Below are positions 26,420 to 34,589 of a stretch of DNA of 36,660 nucleotides, piece after piece (positions within the stretch are counted from its first letter, which is position 1; each line of letters opens with the position of its first letter). This stretch comes from Firmicutes bacterium ZCTH02-B6 (lineage in GTDB: Bacteria > Bacillota > Limnochordia > Limnochordales > ZCTH02-B6): NCBI GenBank assembly GCA_002159155.1, contig LZRQ01000026.1:1-36660 (forward strand). The letters are read 5' to 3'. Below the pieces are notes generated by a model. It was not told the origin of the DNA, searched no databases, and was given only the letters and a program-made list of their open reading frames with translations. A program made the position numbers and the translations under genes.

Positions 26420-27469
26420 GTGTACGGTGTGGCTCTGACGGTTTGGCAGCAGGTGATTTGGCTCCTGCAGGCCGTTGCCCGCCCGCAGGCGGCGCTGCGG
26501 GCCGGGTGGGCTCTCGGGCGTATGAAGGTGCTGCGGCATGCGGTCCCGGGGTTGACGACCGTGCGGATGTTTGTCCCTGCGCTGGGCATGGCAGCGGCGT
26601 TGACGTTGGTGTTGTCCGGGGCCCTAGGGGCGACTGCCGCCGAGGGGTTTCCCAGGACGCTGGTGGACGAACTCGGGCAGGCGATTGTGCTTGAGCAGCC
26701 GCCGCAACGTATCTTCTCCGTCGGTCTTGCCATGGACAACATCCTGCTTTCCATCACCGACCCGGCGCGGGTGGTGGCCGTGACCCGCTTTGCCCTGGAC
26801 CCTGCCAGCTCCTACGTGATCGACCGGATCCAGGACCACATGATCATCGTGGATCAGCTCAACGCGGAGCAGGTGTTGGCGGCCCACCCGGACATCGTGT
26901 TGATCACCGAGTGGAACAATCCCGACGTGGTGCGGCAGCTGCGGGATCTAGGCGTGACGCTTTACACTTTCACCGGCTTTGACACGGTCGAAGACGCGCT
27001 GGACATGGTGCTGCGCATCGGCGAGATTACTGGCGATGAGGAGCGGGCGGCTGCCATCGTGGCGGAGTTCCGCCAGCGGGCGGCAGCGGTGGCCGAGCGG
27101 GTCGCCGGCCGCGAGCGGCCGCGGGTGCTGGTGCTGGACAACTGGGGCGGAACCACGGGACCGGGGTTGTCTGCCCACGACATCATCGAGCTGGCCGGGG
27201 GCATCAACTTGGCCGCCGAGTACGGCATCCACGGCTGGCAGCCCATCGACCGCGAGGCCGTCGTCGAGATGAATCCGGACGTCATCATCACGTATTCGGG
27301 CGAGGCGTTTGCGGAGGAACTGCGGCGGGATCCCGTGCTTCAGGCGGTCAAGGCAGGGCGCACGGGCCAAATCTTCCATGTGAACCACATGGAGATCCAC
27401 ACGCACCATTACATTCTCGCCATCGAAGAGCTGGCGCGGCGGCTGCACCCGGAGGCCTTTTCACAATGA
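26420..27469 (+). CDS. Periplasmic-binding-protein type (Fe-siderophore/cobalamin class) ABC substrate-binding protein, BtuF-like
   Basis: Signal-peptide-like MKVLRH...FVPALGMAAALTLVLSGALGATAAEG, then PBP-family blocks (PQRIFSVGLAMDNILL...PDIVLITEWN...). The start is uncertain: GTG 26420 (SD gaggagg 8 nt upstream) or ATG 26522. The ORF-track start at 26150 lies inside the riboswitch. Confidence 0.82.
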   Translation: MYGVALTVWQQVIWLLQAVARPQAALRAGWALGRMKVLRHAVPGLTTVRMFVPALGMAAALTLVLSGALGATAAEGFPRTLVDELGQAIVLEQPPQRIFSVGLAMDNILLSITDPARVVAVTRFALDPASSYVIDRIQDHMIIVDQLNAEQVLAAHPDIVLITEWNNPDVVRQLRDLGVTLYTFTGFDTVEDALDMVLRIGEITGDEERAAAIVAEFRQRAAAVAERVAGRERPRVLVLDNWGGTTGPGLSAHDIIELAGGINLAAEYGIHGWQPIDREAVVEMNPDVIITYSGEAFAEELRRDPVLQAVKAGRTGQIFHVNHMEIHTHHYILAIEELARRLHPEAFSQ

Positions 27470-28575
27470 CGACCTTGCGGGAACCCGGCTCGGCGCGAAA
27501 GGCGGCCGCTCCGGCCGGCCTTTCTCAGGCGCGCGGACGGGCGCACGCGGCGCTCCTGCGCCCGCTGGCGCTGCTGGCGGGGTTCATGGGGCTGCTGGCG
27601 GTTTCCGTGGTGGTGGCCACGGCAGTCGGTACGGTGCAGTTGCCCTACGGAGAGACGGCGCGGGTCGTCCTGGTCAAGGCGCTGGGGCTCGGGTGGCCGC
27701 TGGATCCGACGTATGAGGCCATCGTGTGGACCGTACGCCTGCCGCGGGTGCTCGCAGCGGGGGTCGTGGGACTCGCCCTGGCGGTGTGCGGGGCCGCCAT
27801 GCAGGGATTGTTCAAAAACCCGCTGGCGTCGCCGGACATCCTCGGGGTATCGTCGGGCGGGGCGCTGGGCGCGGTGGTAGGCATCTTTCTAGGGTGGCCG
27901 CTGGTGAATCCGTGGCTCGTGCCTGGCGCGGCCTTTGCGGGGGCGCTGGCGACTCTGGCCGTTGTGTACGCCCTAGCCACCAGGGGCGGGCGCACCGACC
28001 TGGCCACGTTGCTGTTGGCAGGGGTGGCCGTCAGCTCCTTTGCCGGGGCCGTCATCGCGCTCTTGTACCACTTCGTCGAAGACGGCGTGCTGCGCCAGAT
28101 CGTGTACTGGCTCATGGGCAACTTGGCTGGGAAGCGATGGGAGCACCTGGCGGTGATGGCGCCGCCGGTGGCTGTGGGCTGCGGCGGCCTGTGGCTCTTG
28201 TCCCGGGAACTCAACCTACTGATGGGCGGTGAGGACGACGCCCGGGCCCTCGGCGTGCCCGTGGAGCGAACGAAGCGTTGGGTCATGGTGTTGGCGGCGC
28301 TGGCAACCGGCGCCGCGGTGTCCGTGACCGGAGTCATTGGCTTCGTCGGCCTCATCGTCCCCCACATCGTGCGCCTGCTGATCGGTCCCGATCACCGGTG
28401 GCTGCTGCCCGCCAGCGGCTTGCTGGGCGCGAGCTTCCTCATCCTGGCGGACCTCCTGGCGCGCACGGCCTTTAGCCCGGTGGAGCTGCGCACCGGGATC
28501 GTCACCGCACTGGCCGGGGTGCCGTTTTTCCTGTACCTCTTGGCCAAGCGCCGCGCGATGGTGAGGTGGAGCTGA
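27466..28575 (+). CDS. FecCD/BtuC-family ABC transporter permease
   Basis: About 10 TM helices with RLPRVLAAGVVGLALAVCGAAMQGLFKNPLASPDILGVSSGGALG and ...GVIGFVGLIVPHIVRLLIG.DHR. ATG overlaps the upstream stop (ATGA). Confidence 0.9.
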   Translation: MTTLREPGSARKAAAPAGLSQARGRAHAALLRPLALLAGFMGLLAVSVVVATAVGTVQLPYGETARVVLVKALGLGWPLDPTYEAIVWTVRLPRVLAAGVVGLALAVCGAAMQGLFKNPLASPDILGVSSGGALGAVVGIFLGWPLVNPWLVPGAAFAGALATLAVVYALATRGGRTDLATLLLAGVAVSSFAGAVIALLYHFVEDGVLRQIVYWLMGNLAGKRWEHLAVMAPPVAVGCGGLWLLSRELNLLMGGEDDARALGVPVERTKRWVMVLAALATGAAVSVTGVIGFVGLIVPHIVRLLIGPDHRWLLPASGLLGASFLILADLLARTAFSPVELRTGIVTALAGVPFFLYLLAKRRAMVRWS

Positions 28576-29357
28576 CCGTGGAGGCGATCTTGCGGGCAGA
28601 GGCCGTCTCGTACCGGGTCCACGGGCACACCATTTTGCAGGGCGTGGACGCGCACGTCGTTTCCGGGGAGTTTCTCGGCATCATTGGCCCCAATGGGGCA
28701 GGAAAGACGACCCTCATGCGGGTGTTGGCGGGACTTGCGCGGCCAACCGCAGGGCGGGTGCTATGGCAAGGCCGGCCCTTGACGGAGCTGCCTGACCGGG
28801 AACGGGCGCGGCGGATCGGGTTTGTGAGCCAAAACCCGGCCATCGGCTTTGGCTTCACCGTGCGGGATGTGGTGAGCATGGGCCGCTACCCGTACCGGCG
28901 GCTGTTTGAGGGCTGGCGGGCGGCCGACCAGGAGGCCGTGCAGGCGGCCATGGCGGCGACGGGCGTCTCGCATCTTGAGGACCGGCCGGTGACGGATCTT
29001 TCGGGCGGCGAGCGCCAGCGGGTGTTCTTGGCCCGGGCTTTGGCCCAACAGCCCCGGGTGCTGTTTCTCGACGAACCCATCGCCAACCTGGACGTGCGCT
29101 ACCAGCTGGAAGTGCTCAACCTGGTCAGCGGGCTCCGGGAGCGCCACGGCTGGACGGTGGTGATGGCCATCCACGACCTCAACTGGGCCTTGCGCTACTG
29201 CGACCGGCTGCTGGTGCTGCAGGCAGGGCGAGTCGCCGCCTGCGGGGCCGCCCAGAGCGTGCTCAACGAGGACCTCATCGCAACCGTCTTCGGCGTAAAG
29301 AGCCGCGTCGAGCGGGACGGCGGGCGGGCGGTGCGGGTGGAATTCCTTAGCGTGTGA
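28566..29357 (+). CDS. ABC transporter ATP-binding protein (BtuD/FepC-like)
   Basis: Walker A GPNGAGKTT, signature LSGGERQRV, Walker B VLFLDEP, H-loop AIHDLN. GTG 28566 overlaps the permease end; GTG 28578 is an alternative start. Confidence 0.9.
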   Translation: MELTVEAILRAEAVSYRVHGHTILQGVDAHVVSGEFLGIIGPNGAGKTTLMRVLAGLARPTAGRVLWQGRPLTELPDRERARRIGFVSQNPAIGFGFTVRDVVSMGRYPYRRLFEGWRAADQEAVQAAMAATGVSHLEDRPVTDLSGGERQRVFLARALAQQPRVLFLDEPIANLDVRYQLEVLNLVSGLRERHGWTVVMAIHDLNWALRYCDRLLVLQAGRVAACGAAQSVLNEDLIATVFGVKSRVERDGGRAVRVEFLSV

Positions 29358-29437
29358 GGCGGGAGCGCTTGAGGCGGCCCCGGTGAAACCCGCCCCGTTT
29401 GCGTGCGACGGTGCGCCGGACCGCTTGCCGGCCGGCC

Positions 29438-30400
29438 CTAATACATCGGGTGAATCTCCGTCCCTGGCGGCACCAGCCGGTCGATGAACTCCAGATGCTC
29501 CGGGGCCAGCGACCAGCCGAAAGCGGCCAAGTTGTCCTCGAGCTGCTCCATGGTCCGCGGGCCGATAATGGGGGCGGTCACCGCGGGCTGCTGCAAGAGC
29601 CAGTTGAGGGCCAGTTGGCTGATGGTGCGCCCGATCTCCTTGGCCAAGCCTTCCAATTGCTCGACCACCGCAAACCGTTTGGCGCTCAGCTCCGACTCTA
29701 GGTCCCAGTTGCGGCGCACGGCCCGGGAATCGGGCGGCGGCGCCTCACCCCGGCGGTACTTGCCCGACAGCCAGCCGGCCGCCAGCGGGCTCCAGGGGAT
29801 GATGGCAAACCCGTGCTTCTGGGCGAAGGGCAGGAGCTCCCGCTCGATGCCGCGGTTGAGGATGTTGTAGGGCGGTTGCTCGCATACGAACCGCTCATAG
29901 CCCATCCGTTCCGAAATCCAGAGGCTTTCGCACAGCTGCCATGCTGGGAAGGTGGAGGTGCCGATGTAACGCACCTTGCCTTGGCGGACGAGGTCCGTCA
30001 GTGCGCTCAACGTTTCGTCCAAGGGCGTGTCGGGGTCGGGCCGGTGGACCTGGTAGAGGTCGATGTAGTCCGTCTTTAGGCGCCGCAGGCTCCCTTCCAC
30101 TTCCCGCATGATGTGCCAGCGGCTGTTGCCCCGGTCGTTAGGGCCGTCTCCCACGGGCCGTGAGAACTTGGTGGCGAGAATCACCTGGTCCCGCCGCCCG
30201 GCCAGGGCCTCGCCGACGATCTCCTCCGACAGGCCGCGGCTGTAGACGTTGGCGGTGTCGATGAAGTTGATGCCCGCGTCCAAAGCCCGGTGAATGATGC
30301 GGATGGACTCGGCTTCGTCCGTCACCCAGCCAAAGTTGAGGCATCCGAGGCACAAGCGCGAAACCTTTACACCCGCACGCCCGAGCTTGACGTACTCCAA
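29438..30400 (-). CDS. Aldo/keto reductase
   Basis: LEYVKLGRAGVKVSRLCLGCLNFG...ALDAGINFIDTANVYSRGLSEEIVGEAL...LKTDYIDLYQVHRPD... is a canonical AKR. I place the start at TTG 30400 (SD agggagg 8 nt upstream), which gives the usual M-EY-KLG N-terminus. ATG 30421 and the track start 30499 lack an SD. Confidence 0.85.
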   Translation of the reverse strand: MEYVKLGRAGVKVSRLCLGCLNFGWVTDEAESIRIIHRALDAGINFIDTANVYSRGLSEEIVGEALAGRRDQVILATKFSRPVGDGPNDRGNSRWHIMREVEGSLRRLKTDYIDLYQVHRPDPDTPLDETLSALTDLVRQGKVRYIGTSTFPAWQLCESLWISERMGYERFVCEQPPYNILNRGIERELLPFAQKHGFAIIPWSPLAAGWLSGKYRRGEAPPPDSRAVRRNWDLESELSAKRFAVVEQLEGLAKEIGRTISQLALNWLLQQPAVTAPIIGPRTMEQLEDNLAAFGWSLAPEHLEFIDRLVPPGTEIHPMY

Positions 30401-30514
30401 AGCGTCCACCTCCCTGTGCATGCCAGAAGGGACCGGCCCGCGGCCGGCAAGCCGGTCCCGTAACGTTCGTCTGCGTGACTCGCCCAGGCGCCTCGCCAAT
30501 GTGAGTCGCCAGCG

Positions 30515-32005
30515 TCATTCGCCCGGCACGGTTTCGTCGATGGCCAGGCCCACCATCTTGACCTCGAGGAACTCGTGGATGCCGTACGGCCCGCCCTCGC
30601 GGCCGATACCGCTTTCCTTGAAGCCGCCGAAGGGCACTTGCGGCGTCGACGGCAGCCCCTCGTTGACCCCCACGATGCCGTACTCAAGCCGCTCCGCGGC
30701 CCGCAGGGCGCGGTTGATGTTTTCGGTGAAGACGTAGGCCGCCAGCCCGTATCGGCTGTCGTTGGCCCGGCGGTAAGCCTCCGCTTCGGTGTCAAACGCG
30801 ATGATGGGCGCCACGGGGCCAAAGGTTTCTTCCTTCATAATGCGCATCTCGTCGTGCATGTCCACCAGGACCGTTGGCGCGTACCAGCAGCCGCCCGAGA
30901 AACCGTCGCCCGTGATGACGTGCCCGCCGGTGAGGACCCGCGCCCCTTTTGCCACGGCGTCGTCCACATGGCTCTTGACCTTTTCCAGGCCCGCCGCGTC
31001 GATAAGCGGCCCCACCTGCACGTCTTCCTCGAGCCCGTGGCCCACCTTCAAGCTGCGCACGGCCTCGGCAAAACGCTGGGCAAAGGCGTCGAGGATCCCC
31101 CGCTGCACGTAGATGCGGTTGGCGCAGACGCACGTCTGGCCCATGTTGCGAAACTTGGACGCGAGCGTGCCGGCAACGGCTTTGTCCAGGTCAGCGTCGT
31201 CAAAGATGATGACGGGGGCGTGCCCGCCCAGCTCCAGCGAGACGCGCTTGACCTGGCCGGCCGCCTCACGCATCAGGTACTTGCCCACCTCGGTGGAGCC
31301 GGTAAACGTGATCTTGCGTACCAGCTCGTTGTGAAGCATCTCCTCGCCCACAGGGCGGGGATCCGAGGTCGGGACGATGTTGAGGACGCCCGGCGGCAGG
31401 CCGGCTTGGGCAAACAGCTCCGCGAGGGCCAGGGCCGTGAGCGGCGTCTGCTCGGCGGGCTTCAAGACGACAGTGCAGCCGGCGGCCAGCGCCGGCGCGA
31501 CCTTACGGGTCACCATGGCCGCCGGGAAGTTCCACGGCGTGATGGCGGCGACGACACCGATAGGCTGCTTGAGCACCAGGTGCCGCTTTCCAAAAGTCCA
31601 GTGGGGGATAATGTCGCCGTAGACCCGTTCGGCTTCGCCCGCGAACCAGTCGAGAAACCCGGCGGCGTATTCGATCTCGCCGCGGGCTTCCCGGATCGGC
31701 TTGCCGCCCTCCCGCGTCAATTGGCGGGCCAGCGGTTCTTTCCGCTCCCGCATGAGGGCCGCCACGTGCCGCAGGATGCGGCTGCGGTCGACCGCCGGCG
31801 TGCGGGACCACGCCGGAAACGCCCGGTAGGCGGCCTCGATGGCGCGGCGCGCGTCATCCGCGCCCGCGTCGGCCACGAAGGCCACCGTTGCCCCGGTGGC
31901 GGGGTCCGTCACGGGAAACGTGCGGCCGCTGCCGGCTGGTTCCCATTGGCCGTCCACGAACAGACCATACGTCCTGGTACCGGTTTGCGCCGTGAGCTCC
32001 GTCAT
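30515..32005 (-). CDS. gabD: NAD(P)-dependent succinate-semialdehyde dehydrogenase-like aldehyde dehydrogenase
   Basis: ITPWNFPAAMVTRKVAPALAAGCTVVLKPAEQTP, FTGSTEVGK, ELGGHAP and KFRNMGQTCVCANRIYVQ (near-identical to the E. coli GabD catalytic-Cys block), then EETFGPVAP. ATG 32005 has SD agggagga upstream. The upstream 191 aa of the track ORF overlap another gene out of frame. Confidence 0.85.
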   Translation of the reverse strand: MTELTAQTGTRTYGLFVDGQWEPAGSGRTFPVTDPATGATVAFVADAGADDARRAIEAAYRAFPAWSRTPAVDRSRILRHVAALMRERKEPLARQLTREGGKPIREARGEIEYAAGFLDWFAGEAERVYGDIIPHWTFGKRHLVLKQPIGVVAAITPWNFPAAMVTRKVAPALAAGCTVVLKPAEQTPLTALALAELFAQAGLPPGVLNIVPTSDPRPVGEEMLHNELVRKITFTGSTEVGKYLMREAAGQVKRVSLELGGHAPVIIFDDADLDKAVAGTLASKFRNMGQTCVCANRIYVQRGILDAFAQRFAEAVRSLKVGHGLEEDVQVGPLIDAAGLEKVKSHVDDAVAKGARVLTGGHVITGDGFSGGCWYAPTVLVDMHDEMRIMKEETFGPVAPIIAFDTEAEAYRRANDSRYGLAAYVFTENINRALRAAERLEYGIVGVNEGLPSTPQVPFGGFKESGIGREGGPYGIHEFLEVKMVGLAIDETVPGE

Positions 32006-32712
32006 CGGGTTGTCCTCCCTTCGTGGTACGCCGTCGGGCGCGCAGCAGCCCGCTGGAAACGGGACCTGGCGTGCGCTTCGGCGTGGTGCAGCAGATGGCG
32101 GAAGAAGTGAATGGCGGGGCCGAGGCCAAAGGCGACCACGAGGGTTCCTAGCCCCGCAGGCCCGCCCAAGAGCAGCCCCGTCAGCATGGCGGAGATGTCC
32201 ATGGCCATTTTGACCCGGTACAACGGCTGTCCAGTGCGCTGGGCCAACGTCAGCATGAGCCCGTCCCGCGGACCTGCGCCCAGGCCCGGGTGGAGATAGA
32301 GCGCGATGCCAAAGCCCAGCACGGCGACTCCCAGGGCGACGTAAATGAGACCTGCCCAGCCCGCAAGGAGCGGCACCATGTCCCAGCCGATGTACAGGTC
32401 GATCCACAAGCCTACCAGAGTGGTGTTGAGCAGGGTGACCAGCGTCACCGTACGCCCGCCCAAAGCCAGGGTCATGAGCACTAGCGACAGTCCCGTCAGC
32501 TGGTGGGCACGGCCGACGGAAAACCCGACCTGCTGGGCCAGCCCGATGTGAAGCACGTCCCACGGGCCGACGCCCCAAGTGGTGCGCATGGTAAGGTACA
32601 GCCCGAAGGCCATGATGGGAGCACCGATCAAGATGAAGACGAGTCCGCGGAGGAATCCATCGGGGATCAAGGCGCGGCGCAGGCGCGCCAGCGAACCGGC
32701 GACGGGTGCCAC
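32002..32712 (-). CDS. YczE/YitT-like integral membrane protein
   Basis: 236 aa, about 6 TM helices with repeated G.GPWD / GAGPRDG motifs (TWGVGPWDVL and GLGAGPRDGLML) as in the YczE family. The stop overlaps the gabD start as ATGA (32002-32005). Confidence 0.6.
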   Translation of the reverse strand: MAPVAGSLARLRRALIPDGFLRGLVFILIGAPIMAFGLYLTMRTTWGVGPWDVLHIGLAQQVGFSVGRAHQLTGLSLVLMTLALGGRTVTLVTLLNTTLVGLWIDLYIGWDMVPLLAGWAGLIYVALGVAVLGFGIALYLHPGLGAGPRDGLMLTLAQRTGQPLYRVKMAMDISAMLTGLLLGGPAGLGTLVVAFGLGPAIHFFRHLLHHAEAHARSRFQRAAARPTAYHEGRTTR

Positions 32713-32883
32713 AAAATCATCCCTTTTTTGTTAGACAAAGGCTTCCACGAACCCGGGGTGATTCCTTCTGTAATATCATAATACAATCACCCAAGTCCGT
32801 GGCGACGCGGCGATGGGCGACCTGACCTATCGTTTCCGTGCGCCCGTGGCGCGGGGAAGGATCCCGACCTGAAAAGGAGGAAC

Positions 32884-33981
32884 ATGGCAGGCGGCGGTCC
32901 TGGGGGGGACGCGGTCGGGGCGGTCGGTGCGGCCCCCGGCGCGCCCGCGGGCAGCCGCGAGAAGAGCAGCCGGAGGTTTGAGACAGAGGTCATGACCGGA
33001 GTCAACGCGCCAACGAATCAGAGTGCTTATGCCGGCATGCGCGCTCTGGTGACGGGTGGCGCCGGGTTTATCGGGAGCCACCTCGTCGACGCGCTCATAG
33101 AGCGGGGTGCACGGGTAGCCGTGCTGGACAACTTCGTCTCAGGTAAGCGGGTCAACGTGCCGCCGAGTGCCGAGCTGTTTGAGGTGGACCTGCGGGACGC
33201 GGACGCGGTGCGCAAGGCTGTGGAGGCCTTCCGGCCGACCCACGTGTTTCACCAGGCAGCGCAGGCGTCCGTGAAAGTGTCCGTGGATGAGCCGGCCACC
33301 GACGCGGCCGTTAACGTGCTGGGCGGTTTGCACCTATTGGATGCCGCCCGCCGGGCCGGGGTGGAGCGGGTCGTGTTTGCCTCCACGGGCGGCGCGATCT
33401 ACGGCGAGGTGCCCGAAGGCAGAAAGGCCACGGAGGAGTGGCCGCTCAAGCCCAAGAGCCCCTACGGGGCCAGCAAGGCCGCGTTTGAGCAATACCTGGA
33501 TGTTTACCGGCAAAACTTTGGGCTCAAATACACGGTCCTGCGCTACGCGAACGTGTACGGGCCCCGCCAGGACCCCTATGGCGAGGCAGGGGTCGTGGCC
33601 ATTTTCGCCGGTCGCCTGCTCAAGGGCCAGCCGGTGACGCTGTTTGCCCGCCGGGAGCCGGGGGATGACGGCTGTGTGCGGGACTACGTCTGGGTGGGCG
33701 ACGTGGTGCGGGCCAACCTGCTTGCAGTTGAGCAGGGACTGGACGGGTGCTATAACGTGGGCACCGGGGTGGGAAGCACCACCCGGCAGGTGCTGGCGGC
33801 CGTGGAAGCGGCCGTTGGCGTGCAGGCGCAGGTGGAGCCGGCGCCGCCGCGGCCTGGGGATCTGGAGCGCAGCGTCATTGACGCGGGCAAGCTCATGCAG
33901 GCAGGCTGGTCGGCGACGGTGACGCTGGCGGAAGGCATCCGGCGCACCGTGGCCTGGTTTCGGGAGCATGGAGAAAACTAG
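32884..33981 (+). CDS. NAD-dependent epimerase/dehydratase (UDP-glucose 4-epimerase-like SDR)
   Basis: MRALVTGGAGFIGSHLV (GxxGxxG), STGGAIYG and YGASK (YxxxK catalytic motif), RYANVYGPRQDP. The conserved core starts at ATG 33037. ATG 32884 follows a strong SD (aaaaggagg, 3-nt spacer) and would add a 51-aa Gly/Ala/Pro-rich extension. Confidence 0.85.
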   Translation: MAGGGPGGDAVGAVGAAPGAPAGSREKSSRRFETEVMTGVNAPTNQSAYAGMRALVTGGAGFIGSHLVDALIERGARVAVLDNFVSGKRVNVPPSAELFEVDLRDADAVRKAVEAFRPTHVFHQAAQASVKVSVDEPATDAAVNVLGGLHLLDAARRAGVERVVFASTGGAIYGEVPEGRKATEEWPLKPKSPYGASKAAFEQYLDVYRQNFGLKYTVLRYANVYGPRQDPYGEAGVVAIFAGRLLKGQPVTLFARREPGDDGCVRDYVWVGDVVRANLLAVEQGLDGCYNVGTGVGSTTRQVLAAVEAAVGVQAQVEPAPPRPGDLERSVIDAGKLMQAGWSATVTLAEGIRRTVAWFREHGEN

Positions 33982-33984
33982 CAA

Positions 33985-34011
33985 GGGGCGGCTCATGTCT
34001 CGAGCCGCCCC
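33985..34011. terminator. Hairpin between convergent genes (bidirectional terminator candidate, no U-tract)
   Basis: ggggcggctc (33985-94) pairs with gagccgcccc (34002-11): a 10-bp perfect stem with a 7-nt loop, starting 4 nt after the epimerase stop. Confidence 0.55.
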
Positions 34012-34059
34012 CGCCATAACGTCTGCCGCTTGTGAGCCGTCCGCCGCCCGGCGCCCAGC

Positions 34060-34416
34060 CTAGCGGCGGTCTCCTTCCAGGGCCCGCTTTTGCTGGGCCG
34101 ATGCCCGCTCCACGAGGCCGACGGAGATCAACCCAAGCAGCATGTGGATCATGGTCACCGTCCGGCCCACCAGCAGGTCCTGCCACATGGCCAGTCCCCA
34201 CAACAGCGTCACCAGCGGCATGAAGCGGGCGACGGTACGCATGGTGTCCGGCCGCAGCCGCGGGTGGGGCCCAAGCGCCAGGAGCGCCAGCACCGCGATG
34301 ACGACGCCCAAGGAAATGTGGGTTTCCCAGACCCGCTGGTTGGGCACGAGGCCAAAGAAACGGCCAAGACCCAGCAGCACCTGGATGTAGAGCGCGATCC
34401 GCAGAACGATCAGCAC
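34060..34416 (-). CDS. Small hypothetical integral membrane protein (about 4 TM)
   Basis: 118 aa, hydrophobic helices (LIVLRIALYIQVLLGL, ISLGVVIAVLALLAL, FMPLVTLLWGLAMW, MIHMLLGLISVGLV). GTG start with strong SD gggaggaggg 8 nt upstream. Confidence 0.65.
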   Translation of the reverse strand: MLIVLRIALYIQVLLGLGRFFGLVPNQRVWETHISLGVVIAVLALLALGPHPRLRPDTMRTVARFMPLVTLLWGLAMWQDLLVGRTVTMIHMLLGLISVGLVERASAQQKRALEGDRR

Positions 34417-34522
34417 AATGGCTTCCCTCCTCCCGGCAGTAGTTGGCTATCGACGAGCAGAGTCCTCTTTAGCGGGACCTCCGACCTTGGAAACCCCGTG
34501 GCTAATTGGCGACAAATGTGGG

Positions 34523-34562
34523 GAATGGTGCAGGAAATCCTGCATAGAGATAGAATGGTGCA
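34523..34562 (+). promoter_or_regulatory. Operator/promoter-like motif cluster upstream of the RpiR regulator
   Basis: Perfect inverted repeat tgcagga-aa-tcctgca (34529-44), flanked by the direct repeat gaatggtgca at 34523-32 and 34553-62 (30-bp spacing). A -10-like tagaat is at 34551-56. Confidence 0.45.
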
Positions 34563-34589
34563 ACTGTGCCGTCGTTTCGGCAAGGAGGC

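Noticed and set aside
25952-26539. 195-aa ORF (- strand) and the 5' part of the 26150 ORF (+ strand)
   Set aside because: They overlie the cobalamin riboswitch, its terminator and the leader. The sequence conservation pattern is that of an RNA element, not a protein.
30575-32110. 511-aa ORF on the + strand
   Set aside because: It is antisense to the GabD-like gene, whose catalytic motifs are unambiguous on the - strand.
32006-32578. N-terminal 191 aa of the 687-aa track ORF (30515-32578, - strand)
   Set aside because: It overlaps the YczE-like gene out of frame and is P/R/G-rich. The aldehyde dehydrogenase homology starts at ATG 32005, which has a strong SD.
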